This document shows, in pieces, positions 33,733 to 42,380 of a stretch of 64,000 bases of DNA (the first letter of the stretch is position 1; every line of letters starts with the position of its first letter). The DNA is from Acidimicrobiales bacterium (lineage in GTDB: Bacteria > Actinomycetota > Acidimicrobiia > Acidimicrobiales > JAVJTC01): contig JAVJTC010000038.1 in the NCBI GenBank assembly GCA_040219085.1, positions 16,199 through 80,198 on the forward strand, written 5' to 3'. The notes below the pieces were generated by a model. The model was not told the DNA's origin. It did no database searches and worked only from the letters and a program-made list of their open reading frames with translations. Both the position numbers and the translations under genes were made by a program.

Positions 33733-35031
33733 ATGACGACGAAGCCCGCCGTGGCCAAGGAACACCCGCTGCTCGAGGGGAACGACCCCTTCGGTGGCAA
33801 CCATCGCCGCGAACGCCACACGTTGCTGCCCGACCCGGAGCCGTTGCCGATCGCTCTACCCCTCGTATCGGTCGATGATCACCTGGTCGAGCCTCCCGAC
33901 GTGTATCTGAGTCGGGTTCCCACCAAGCTGCGAGATCGCGCACCGCAGATAGTGGAGGCGGATGGGATCGAGTACTGGCAGTTCGAAGATGTCAGGGAGC
34001 CCAACCGCACGGCCCAGATCTCCGTCGTCGGTCGTCCCCCTTCGGAGTGGACGCTCGAGCCCGTCCTCTTCGAGGAGATGCGCCGCGGTTCCTACGATGC
34101 CCGAGCTCGACTCCTCGACATGGACATCGCAGGCGTTGCAGCGTCACTCTGTTTTCCGTCAGTGCTCGTCGGATTCGCCGGCCAGCGCTTCTACCGCATG
34201 AAGGACGCGGAACTCGGGCTCGCCTCGATGCGCGCCTACAACGACTGGGTCATCGACGAGTGGGTCGCAACCAACCCGGAGCGCTTCATCGCCCAGCAGG
34301 TCACCTGGCTCCCTGACCCGCAGATCGCCGCGGACGAGGTGAGAAAGAACGCCGCTCGGGGGTTCAAGGCCGTCGCCTTCTCCGAGAATCCCGAGCGACT
34401 GGGATTTCCGTCTCTGTACACCAACCATTGGGATCCGTTCTTCAGGGCGTGCGAGGAGACCGAGACCGTCGTCAATCTCCACGTGGGTTCGTCGTCCGCC
34501 GTCCCGCGTCCGTCCTCCGATTCGCCGGGTGACGTCTCGGCGACATTGTTCCCCGTGAACGGGATCAACGCGAGCGTGGACTGGGTGTACTCGCGCGTTC
34601 CCGTCCGATTCCCGGCCCTCAAGATCGCCCTCTCGGAGGCCGGCGTCAGCTGGGTCCCGATGATCCAGGAGCGCCTGAAGCGCATCGAGAGCTTCCTGTC
34701 CTCTTCGCTCACGTGGCGAGGCGTCGACCGAACGCCTGTCGAGGTGTTCAAGTCCTGCTTCTGGTTCACGTCGATCGAAGATCACTGCGGTATCCGGGAG
34801 CGCCACACGGTCGGAATCGACCGGATCATGCTCGAGATGGACTACCCGCATCCGGACACTTCCTGGCCGGTGACGCAGGACACCATCGGCGTCGAGGTCG
34901 GCGGTCTGCCCGAGCACGAGCAGCGCATGTTGGCGTATCGGAACGCGTGTGCGCTCTACCGGCACTCCGAGTCCGCAGTCGAGGACTTCGAGCGCCGCAT
35001 CAGGGCATCCGAGACCGTGCCCGCTCAGTAG
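33733..35031 (+). CDS. Amidohydrolase_2 family protein (long paralogue)
   Basis: ATG follows GGAAGG. Has LPLVSVDDHLVEPPDVY, ASLCFPS and IMLEMDYPHPDTSWPVT. Confidence 0.8.
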   Translation: MTTKPAVAKEHPLLEGNDPFGGNHRRERHTLLPDPEPLPIALPLVSVDDHLVEPPDVYLSRVPTKLRDRAPQIVEADGIEYWQFEDVREPNRTAQISVVGRPPSEWTLEPVLFEEMRRGSYDARARLLDMDIAGVAASLCFPSVLVGFAGQRFYRMKDAELGLASMRAYNDWVIDEWVATNPERFIAQQVTWLPDPQIAADEVRKNAARGFKAVAFSENPERLGFPSLYTNHWDPFFRACEETETVVNLHVGSSSAVPRPSSDSPGDVSATLFPVNGINASVDWVYSRVPVRFPALKIALSEAGVSWVPMIQERLKRIESFLSSSLTWRGVDRTPVEVFKSCFWFTSIEDHCGIRERHTVGIDRIMLEMDYPHPDTSWPVTQDTIGVEVGGLPEHEQRMLAYRNACALYRHSESAVEDFERRIRASETVPAQ

Positions 35032-35735
35032 GTGGCCCGACCGCCGCTGAGGTCGTAGACGCAGGCGGTCGAGAAGCTGCACTTGTCCGACGCGAGCCAC
35101 GAGACCAACTCGGCAACCTCCTCGACCTCGCCGAACCGGCCCATGGGGATCTTCGAGAGCAGGTGCTCGATCAACTCGGGCGCGGCATCGGCGTTCATCG
35201 GGGTGGAAATGAGCGCCGGAGCGATGGCATTGACCAGGACGCCGTCGGTGGCGACCTCTTTCCCGACTGACTTGGTCAGTCCGATTACGGCGGCCTTGCT
35301 GGCGGCGTAGGGACTCACGTTCGGGTTGCCCTCCTTGCCGGCGATGCTCGAGAGGTTCACGATGCGGCCCCACCCGCGTTCGCGCATGCCGGGCAGCACC
35401 GCCCGGATCGTGTTGAACGTGCCGGTCAGGTTCACGTCGATGGTCCGGGCCCAGTCCTCGTCGGACACCTCCCAGCTCGGCATGATCGGGCCGACGACAC
35501 CAGCGCAGTTGACGAGTACGTCCACGCCGCCCAGCCCGGTGACCAGTCTCGTGACGGCGGCCGAGTCCGTCACGTCGAGAACGTGGGTCGAGTCCACCGA
35601 GTCGGCTGCCGCCGCGAGGTCGTCGGACTCCAGATCGCAGATCGCGACCGTCAGGCCGTCGGAGCGGAGGCGCTGCGCGCAGGCCAGCCCGATCCCGCGT
35701 GCCCCGCCGGTCACCAATGCGACCCGATCCCTCAC
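35025..35735 (-). CDS. SDR family oxidoreductase (FabG-like)
   Basis: GTG at 35735 follows GAAGGG and gives MRDRVALVTGGARGIGLA. Has NCAG and YAASKAAV. Confidence 0.8.
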   Translation of the reverse strand: MRDRVALVTGGARGIGLACAQRLRSDGLTVAICDLESDDLAAAADSVDSTHVLDVTDSAAVTRLVTGLGGVDVLVNCAGVVGPIMPSWEVSDEDWARTIDVNLTGTFNTIRAVLPGMRERGWGRIVNLSSIAGKEGNPNVSPYAASKAAVIGLTKSVGKEVATDGVLVNAIAPALISTPMNADAAPELIEHLLSKIPMGRFGEVEEVAELVSWLASDKCSFSTACVYDLSGGRATY

Positions 35736-35739
35736 GACG

Positions 35740-36282
35740 TCACCCTTCGTCGACGAGCGCTCGAACCAGCTCGTCGAGCGCCGCGTCGGCGATCTCGACC
35801 ATCTCGACGTCGGTACGGTCCTGGATCGGGTGCCTGACGATGACGCGGGCGGGATCGACCCCGAGCGCCGCACACTGGTGGCGGGCCGCTTCGACGAACT
35901 CGGCGGACGCAACGAAGACCCCCGGGATGCCTCGGGACTCGAGGTCGGCGATGTCGTGCACACTGCACGACGTACACGATCCTCAGTCGGCGAGGGCCTC
36001 TATGACTGCGTCGCAGGTGGTCGAGATCTCGTGGCGCAGGTCGACCGGGGCGGGCTTGGTGAAGGTGGGCTTCGCAAACCGGCGGACCGTCGCTCCACGC
36101 GCGGTCAAGCCGCTGGCGATCCCGTCGAGGAAGATGTCGCCGCGCGGCTTGGTGATGTCGAGGAGCGCAATGGTCGCGCCTTCGATACGCGCGAGTCGCC
36201 GGGCGCGGGGCCGGTGGACCGGCTCGCGTTCGGAGGTCGGGTCGACGAGCAGCGTCGGGTTTCTGCGGGGCGTGTCTGTCAT
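35740..36282 (-). CDS. UGSC-motif (seleno)protein candidate, in-frame UGA at 35985..35983 read as Sec
   Basis: ORFs 35983..36282 and 35740..35961 share one frame. The junction reads EALAD-TGA-GSCTSCSVHDIADL. A SECIS-like hairpin lies 11 nt downstream. The ATG at 36282 overlaps the upstream stop (ATGA). Confidence 0.75.
35953..35971 (-). promoter_or_regulatory. SECIS-like stem-loop (Sec recoding signal)
   Basis: mRNA GUCGUGCA-GUG-UGCACGAC forms a perfect 8-bp stem with G first in the apical loop. The stem starts 11 nt after the UGA. Confidence 0.65.
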
Positions 36283-37730
36283 GGGCGGATCTCCTTCGTG
36301 ACGAACTGGGTGCCGCCGGGACCCGAACCCCAGCTGGGGATCAGGGCGGAAAACAGCCCCGCCGTGCCCCCGGCGTGGGTGATCAGCAGGCCGCCGGGGC
36401 GGAGCTTCGGAACGGGCTGGCCGGCGAAGGTATCAGCCATTCCCTCGGCGATACCTCCGGCTCCGCGGATCATGTCGTCACCGTCCATGACGAGCAGTGT
36501 CGTGAGCTCGTGGGTGAGCCGTTGGCGGGACCATCCGGCGGCGGCGAAGCGGGCGGCGTGTTCGGGTGAAACGACGAGCAGCGCGTCGAGGACGAGGCCG
36601 ACCTTGGGATGGACTGCGGCCTTGATGCAGGCGGCGAGGGACCGGGTTAGCGATTCAGCGTCGCGGGACAACTGGTCAGCGATCACCCGGGGCGCTTCGC
36701 CGCCGAAGGCGGTCACCGTCGAGACACCCGACTCGAAGCCGCGGTCGACCGAAAGCGGCTCCCACGGCGAGGTGGCCTCCGCCTCGGCGAAGCAGAGGCC
36801 GTACTTTGCCGGGCTGCCGTGGGTCGACATGTCGATCTCGCCGGGACGACCACCTCCGACGTTGCGGATCACGAGTTGGACCGCCCGGCCGATCGTAGAG
36901 TTCGCTCGGTTGCCGGGGCCGAGAACGCCTGCGCCGGAGTTCATGCCGATGCGCTCTGCCAGGGGGCCATTGACGACGAACACGGGCCCGTTCGGCATCG
37001 TCGTGGCGAGGAGGCCGTGCATGTTGAACTCCTCGGTGCAGACGGCCTCGAGCGCGGTCAGCACGACGGGCAGGTACTCGGGGCGACACCCCGCCATCAC
37101 GGCATTCACGGCGACCTTTTCCACGGAGCACTCCACGAGGTCCGGGGGCACGACGGCGACCACCTCGTCCGCGGCACGGGTGGTCCCTGCGAGCATCGCG
37201 GCCACGCGTTCGGCGGTCGGGACCACGACGGGGAGACCGTCGGTCCACCCACGTTCGAAGGCGGCCTCGACGGGGTCCTCGGCAGCACCGATCTCGATGC
37301 GGCGCGAGGTGATCCGGTTGCCGAAGCGGGCCTCGAGCCCCGCGACCCTCGTGGGATCGACCGACAGTGATCCACAGCCCGGACGGTGGCCGACGATCCC
37401 GTCACCGAGCCCGTCGAGACCGACGGCGGCCTCCCAGGCAGTGCGCTCCCAACCGACGACCCGTGCGCTCTCGGCTCCGTTCTCGACGACGACGAGGGTC
37501 GGTACGGCCTCGATCTCCGCCAGGAACGACAGCCGTAGGTCTCGGTCCTCTACGACCTCGACGGCCCCGTCGCGATAGGGGCCGTCCTGGGACACGTAGC
37601 GGACCGGGACTCCGTCCGCCTCGAGGCGTCGGGCGATCTCATCGACCACCGGCCCGATGGTCTCACAGGTCGGACAGGCCATCTGCACGAACACCGAGAT
37701 GCCGTCGGCGAGAGGCGTCATGGCGTCCAT
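36279..37730 (-). CDS. Thioredoxin-fold (CPTC) domain fused to a large uncharacterised domain
   Basis: The N-terminus VFVQMACPTCETIGPVVDEIARRL is a Trx-like CxxC. The remaining ~380 aa belong to no family I recognise. Confidence 0.7.
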   Translation of the reverse strand: MDAMTPLADGISVFVQMACPTCETIGPVVDEIARRLEADGVPVRYVSQDGPYRDGAVEVVEDRDLRLSFLAEIEAVPTLVVVENGAESARVVGWERTAWEAAVGLDGLGDGIVGHRPGCGSLSVDPTRVAGLEARFGNRITSRRIEIGAAEDPVEAAFERGWTDGLPVVVPTAERVAAMLAGTTRAADEVVAVVPPDLVECSVEKVAVNAVMAGCRPEYLPVVLTALEAVCTEEFNMHGLLATTMPNGPVFVVNGPLAERIGMNSGAGVLGPGNRANSTIGRAVQLVIRNVGGGRPGEIDMSTHGSPAKYGLCFAEAEATSPWEPLSVDRGFESGVSTVTAFGGEAPRVIADQLSRDAESLTRSLAACIKAAVHPKVGLVLDALLVVSPEHAARFAAAGWSRQRLTHELTTLLVMDGDDMIRGAGGIAEGMADTFAGQPVPKLRPGGLLITHAGGTAGLFSALIPSWGSGPGGTQFVTKEIRP

Positions 37731-37875
37731 CGTCTCACAGTGCGTGCCTCGCTCTTCATGGCTCTCGACTCTAGGCTGCCCTCCGGAGACGCGCTGAGAG
37801 AGTTGACGTCGGACGACAGGTATCGAACTGGCTGTGGCCCGCGTGTCCCTTGACAGTCCAAGGTTGCGTAGGCCA

Positions 37876-37897
37876 ATCTTGACGTGCTGCGTTAGAT
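37876..37897. promoter_or_regulatory. Operator-like inverted repeat, site B: ATCTTGACG-TGCTG-CGTTAGAT
   Basis: Sits exactly mid-way in the divergent intergenic region, 146 nt from the start at 37730 (-) and 146 nt from the start at 38043 (+). Confidence 0.55.
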
Positions 37898-38042
37898 CTT
37901 GGGGAAATCATCACTGCGCTCGCTCAGTGCGGTCCCTGGCTCCGGCACTGCAATGCAGGGGGCGGGTGTGCGAAGCGGTTGCCGTGCGGTGGGTCTCGCG
38001 GGTGTTTCGGAGCAACTGGTAGCGCGACCAAGGGGGATTCGG

Positions 38043-39761
38043 ATGGACCTGGCACTGCGGAACGGGCTGATCGTGGACGGTTCGGGGGCGCCGGGCCGCG
38101 TCGGCGATGTCGGCATCGCCGACGGGCGGATCGCGCTGATGGGCGACGAGGTTCCCTCGGCTGCCCGGGAGATAGACGTCACCGGCCAGGTCGTTGCACC
38201 CGGTTTCGTCGACGTCCACACCCATTTCGACGCTCAGGTCTTCTGGGACGGAACGTTGAGCCCGTCGCCGCTGCACGGGGTGACGACGGTCGTGTCGGGC
38301 AACTGCGGGTTCACGCTGGCTCCGACCAGTGACGAGGATTCGGACTACCTGGCGCGGATGTTGTCTCGCGTCGAGGGGATGCCCTTCGAGGTGGTGAGTG
38401 CCGCCGTTCCCTTCTCGTGGTCGTCGACTGCCGAGTACCTCGACGCGATCGAGGGGACGTTGATGCCCAATGCCGGATTCCTCGTGGGCCACTCGGCGTT
38501 GCGGCGGGTCGTCATGCATGACGCTGCGACGGAGCGGACCGCGACCGACGAGGAGATCGCGCAGATGTGCGAACTGCTCCGGGCCGGTCTGACCGCGGGG
38601 GGCCTCGGCTTCTCGTCGACGTGGTCGCAGAGCCACTCGGACCACCGTGGTGTTCCGGTCCCGTCTCGGTGGGCGGACAAGCGCGAGTTGGTGGCTCTGT
38701 GCGGCGTCACGGGTGAGTTCGACGGTACGAGCCTCGAGTTCATTCCCGGGACGATGCCGTTCGATCCCGAGGTCGTCGAGCTGATGGCGGACATGTCGGC
38801 CGCCGCACAGAGGCCTCTCAACTGGAACGTGCTGGTCGTGTACGACGAGACGCTTCCACAGATACCGGACCTGTTGGCCGTGAGTGATCTCGCGGCCGAG
38901 CGGGGTGGTCGGGTCGTGGCGCTCACCGCTCCCGACGCGATCCGTGCGCGGCTCTCCTTCCTCTCCTGCTTCATCCTCGACATGCTTCCTGACTGGCAAC
39001 GGTTCGTGGCCCAACCCGTCGAGCAGCGTCTCGCCGATCTGCGCGATCCCGTGCGTCGCGCGGAGCTCGGTGAATCGGCGAGCCGATGCGAGAGCCCGGC
39101 GCGCATCGCCGCGAACTGGGGGGGCTACCGCCTCGAGACCCATTCGGCGGAAACCGCGCGCTACGACGGTTGGACCGTCGACGAGATCGCCGCCGACCGG
39201 GGGATCACGGCGTGGGATGCGCTCTGTGACGTCGTCGTCGCCGACGAATTGAAGACCACGCTGATCCTGCCGGCTCTGGGAACCGACGAGGGGTCGTGGG
39301 CTGCCAAGTCCGCGCTGTGGACGGATCCGCGGGTCGTCGTCGGGGCATCGGACGCCGGGGCGCACCTCGACATGCTCGACACGTTCTCCTACACCACAGT
39401 CGTCCTGGGCGAAGGCGTGCGCGAACGCGGCCTTGTTTCGTTGGAGCAGGCCGTGCACCTTCTCACGGGTCGCCCGGCGGGGCTCTATGGCCTGCGCGAC
39501 CGCGGGATCCTCGCGCAGGGCGCACACGCGGACGTCGTCGTCTTCGACCCGGACCGCATCGGACCCGGCCGGACACGGACAGAATTCGACCTCCCCGGCG
39601 GCGCCGGCCGCCTCTACGGCGAGCCGAACGGCATCTCACATGTCGTCGTGAACGGTGTCCCCGTCGTCGAGAAGGGCGAGTTCCGTGACGCCCGGCCCGG
39701 TCGTGTGATCCGTTCGGGACGCGACACGGCAACCTCCCTGCAGAGCATGGAGATCGGGTGA
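38043..39761 (+). CDS. N-acyl-D-amino-acid deacylase (D-aminoacylase) family amidohydrolase
   Basis: ATG follows AGGGGG. MDLALRNGLIVDGSGAPGRVGDVGIADGRIALMG...VAPGFVDVHTHFD is the family N-terminus. Confidence 0.8.
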   Translation: MDLALRNGLIVDGSGAPGRVGDVGIADGRIALMGDEVPSAAREIDVTGQVVAPGFVDVHTHFDAQVFWDGTLSPSPLHGVTTVVSGNCGFTLAPTSDEDSDYLARMLSRVEGMPFEVVSAAVPFSWSSTAEYLDAIEGTLMPNAGFLVGHSALRRVVMHDAATERTATDEEIAQMCELLRAGLTAGGLGFSSTWSQSHSDHRGVPVPSRWADKRELVALCGVTGEFDGTSLEFIPGTMPFDPEVVELMADMSAAAQRPLNWNVLVVYDETLPQIPDLLAVSDLAAERGGRVVALTAPDAIRARLSFLSCFILDMLPDWQRFVAQPVEQRLADLRDPVRRAELGESASRCESPARIAANWGGYRLETHSAETARYDGWTVDEIAADRGITAWDALCDVVVADELKTTLILPALGTDEGSWAAKSALWTDPRVVVGASDAGAHLDMLDTFSYTTVVLGEGVRERGLVSLEQAVHLLTGRPAGLYGLRDRGILAQGAHADVVVFDPDRIGPGRTRTEFDLPGGAGRLYGEPNGISHVVVNGVPVVEKGEFRDARPGRVIRSGRDTATSLQSMEIG

Positions 39762-39771
39762 AGGAGCAATC

Positions 39772-40962
39772 ATGCCGGCCGAGTTGAGTGACAGGCTCAC
39801 CGATCTGTACGTCATCGACACCGATTCGCACTGGACAGAGCCCTTCGACCTGTGGACGAGCCGAGCCCCCGCTCGCTACGCCGACGACGTCCCCCGGACT
39901 CGTATCAACGCCAAAGGTGACCCGGAGTTCGTGTTCGCCGGTGAACCGACCTTCGGCGCTGCGTTCTCGTACGTGCGCAAGGACGGCTCCAAGACCCGAA
40001 TGGCTGACATCGGCCTGGCGATGCCGATGGACGAGATGCATCCCGCATCATTCGATCCGATCGCCCGACTCGCGCTCATGGACGAGATGGGAATCTACGC
40101 CCAGCTCATCTACCCGAACGTGCTCGGTTTCCTCGCGCCGGTCCTGTGTCAGCGGGTCGAGCGCGATCTCGCCTATGCGGTGGTCGCCATCTACAACGAC
40201 GCGTGTGCCGAGATGCAGGAGGAGAGCCGCGGTCGGCTCTTCCCCCAGGCCGTTCTGCCCTTTTGGAACATTACTGACGCCATCAAGGAGGCGGAACGTG
40301 TCAAAGGCCTGGGCCTTCGGGGCGTGACGATGCCGGGCTCACCCGACATGGGTGGACTGCCGGATCTGGGAACCCCGCACTGGGATCCGCTCTTCGCCGT
40401 GCTCTCCGACCTGGGGCTGCCGATCAACATCCACGTGGGCTCGGCGAATCACGATGCCACCGAGGAGTGGACCCAGGCCTGGCCGTCACTGCCACGACGC
40501 GAAGCGGACAGCGTCAACACCGTGGCCCCGGAGTTGGCGAACTCCCGCTTCATCACCAACCTGATCATGAGCGACATCGTGCAGCGGTGGCCCGACCTGA
40601 AATGGGTGTCCGTCGAGAGCGGCATCGGTTGGATCCCCTACGTCCTGGAGCGCGTCGACTACTCCTACCGCGAGGAGCTTCCTGGCGTGGAGCCACCCGA
40701 CCGTCTTCCAGCGCTGGACCAGTTCCGCCGCAACGTCTACGCCACATTCTGGTTCGAGAACACAGCGCGCTTCGCCATCGACTATCTGGGAACGGACAAC
40801 GTCATGTGGGAGACGGATTTTCCCCACCCGACATGCCTCTACCCGTCGCCCGTCGAGCGGACGCTCGACGCCCTGGAGGGTCTCTCCGAGGAGGCGATCC
40901 GCAAGGTCATGCAGGACAACGCGGCTGATCTCTATTCGATCCCGCTTCCGGCGACCTCATAG
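39772..40962 (+). CDS. Amidohydrolase_2 family protein (long paralogue)
   Basis: YVIDTDSHWTEP, IYPNV and VMWETDFPHPTCLYP. Confidence 0.75.
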   Translation: MPAELSDRLTDLYVIDTDSHWTEPFDLWTSRAPARYADDVPRTRINAKGDPEFVFAGEPTFGAAFSYVRKDGSKTRMADIGLAMPMDEMHPASFDPIARLALMDEMGIYAQLIYPNVLGFLAPVLCQRVERDLAYAVVAIYNDACAEMQEESRGRLFPQAVLPFWNITDAIKEAERVKGLGLRGVTMPGSPDMGGLPDLGTPHWDPLFAVLSDLGLPINIHVGSANHDATEEWTQAWPSLPRREADSVNTVAPELANSRFITNLIMSDIVQRWPDLKWVSVESGIGWIPYVLERVDYSYREELPGVEPPDRLPALDQFRRNVYATFWFENTARFAIDYLGTDNVMWETDFPHPTCLYPSPVERTLDALEGLSEEAIRKVMQDNAADLYSIPLPATS

Positions 40963-40997
40963 GGGACCGGCCCAGCGCTGCCCGAGGGAGGGCCTTT

Positions 40998-42185
40998 GTG
41001 ACCGACGCTCCGACGATCATCAGTGCGGACGATCACGTCATCGAACCGCCGGACCTCTGGCAGTCACGGCTGCCGCAGCGCCTCCGGGCGGAGGGGCCCC
41101 GCGTGGTCGAACATCCCCGTGACGCCGCCAGCTACGACAAGGGTGCGAACTCCTGGCGGCTGCACGGCGACGGGACGGCACCGCCCGCGGCCTTCTGGCA
41201 CTACGAGGACAAGATCAAGCCGATGCAGCGGAACGAGGCCTCAGCGGGCTTCGAGGCGTCATCCATCGACATGACCCCCGTGAGCTTCGAGGAGATCCGA
41301 CCCGGCTGCTGGCAACCCGCCGCCCGACTCGAGGACATGACCATCAACGGCATCGCCGCGTCGATGTGCTTTCCGAACTATCCGCGATTCTCCGGACAGC
41401 TCTTCTCGGAGGGGCGCGACCGGGAACTCGGGCTTGCGTGCATTCGTGCCTACAACGACTGGATGGTGGAGGAGTGGTGTGGCGACAGCGGAGGACGGCT
41501 CATCCCGCTGTGCATCATCCCTCTGTGGGACGCGGAGCTGGCGGCAGCCGAGGTTCGTCGCAATGCCGAACGCGGAGTGCGGGCCGTGTCCTTCAGCGAG
41601 ATCCCTGCCTGGCTGGGCGTCCCGAGTATCCACTCCGGATTCTGGGACCCCTTCTTTAGGGCGTGTGACGAGACGCAGACCGTGGTCGCCATGCACATAG
41701 GGTCGGGCAGTCGCATCATCACCTCATCCGACGACGCGCCCTTCGCTGTGCAGGCCGTCATGATCTTCAACAACAGCGCGACATCGATGGTGGACTTCTT
41801 GTGTTCCGGCGTTCTCGCGCGATTTCCCGACCTGAAGCTCTTCTACGCCGAGGCACAGATCGGGTGGATCCCCTATGTCCTCGAACGCGCCGACGACACG
41901 TTCCACCGCCAACGATGGCTGTTTCCGGACAACGTCGATCAGCCACCGAGCTCCTACTACCACCACAGGGTCTTCTCCTGCTTCTTCAGTGACCCGGTGG
42001 GCATCGCTCTGTTGGACCGGGTCGGTGTCGATCAGGTGCTCTTCGAGACGGACTATCCGCACGAGACCGGGACCTGGCCGTCGTCTGAGAGCGTGGCCCG
42101 AGCCGAACTCGGACACCTGGACCCGGTCGACCGGGACAAGATCCTGCGTGCGAACGCGGTGGGGCTCTTCGGTCTCTCGGTTTGA
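40998..42185 (+). CDS. Amidohydrolase_2 family protein (long paralogue)
   Basis: GTG start. IISADDHVIEPPDLW, ASMCFPN and VLFETDYPHETGTWPSS. Confidence 0.8.
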   Translation: MTDAPTIISADDHVIEPPDLWQSRLPQRLRAEGPRVVEHPRDAASYDKGANSWRLHGDGTAPPAAFWHYEDKIKPMQRNEASAGFEASSIDMTPVSFEEIRPGCWQPAARLEDMTINGIAASMCFPNYPRFSGQLFSEGRDRELGLACIRAYNDWMVEEWCGDSGGRLIPLCIIPLWDAELAAAEVRRNAERGVRAVSFSEIPAWLGVPSIHSGFWDPFFRACDETQTVVAMHIGSGSRIITSSDDAPFAVQAVMIFNNSATSMVDFLCSGVLARFPDLKLFYAEAQIGWIPYVLERADDTFHRQRWLFPDNVDQPPSSYYHHRVFSCFFSDPVGIALLDRVGVDQVLFETDYPHETGTWPSSESVARAELGHLDPVDRDKILRANAVGLFGLSV

Positions 42186-42284
42186 GGGCCCGCGTCCGGG
42201 GGCGGCGTCAGTGAGCTCCGGTCCGCTACCGGAGATCGGGTCCTTCCGGCCGATCCCGGATGGGTGCCTCGTGCCCGCGTCCCG

Positions 42285-42310
42285 CCGACGCGGTGACCGA
42301 CTCGCGTCGG
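42285..42310 (+). terminator. Hairpin between the amidohydrolase and cyclase genes
   Basis: 8-bp stem CCGACGCG / CGCGTCGG with a 10-nt loop. No U-tract. Confidence 0.3.
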
Positions 42311-42380
42311 GGAGCAGCGCTCCGGGCCACGACAGTTCAACCGTTGTCGAACACCAAGCTCATAGACAGAAGGAGTCATC

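Noticed and set aside
35326-37578. 750-aa ORF on the plus strand
   Set aside because: It lies antisense to the SDR, the UGSC gene and the Trx-fusion gene. It is Ser/Arg/Pro/Ala-rich and has no motifs.
37911-39527. 538-aa ORF on the minus strand
   Set aside because: It lies antisense to the D-aminoacylase gene. It is Arg/Pro/Gly-rich shadow sequence.
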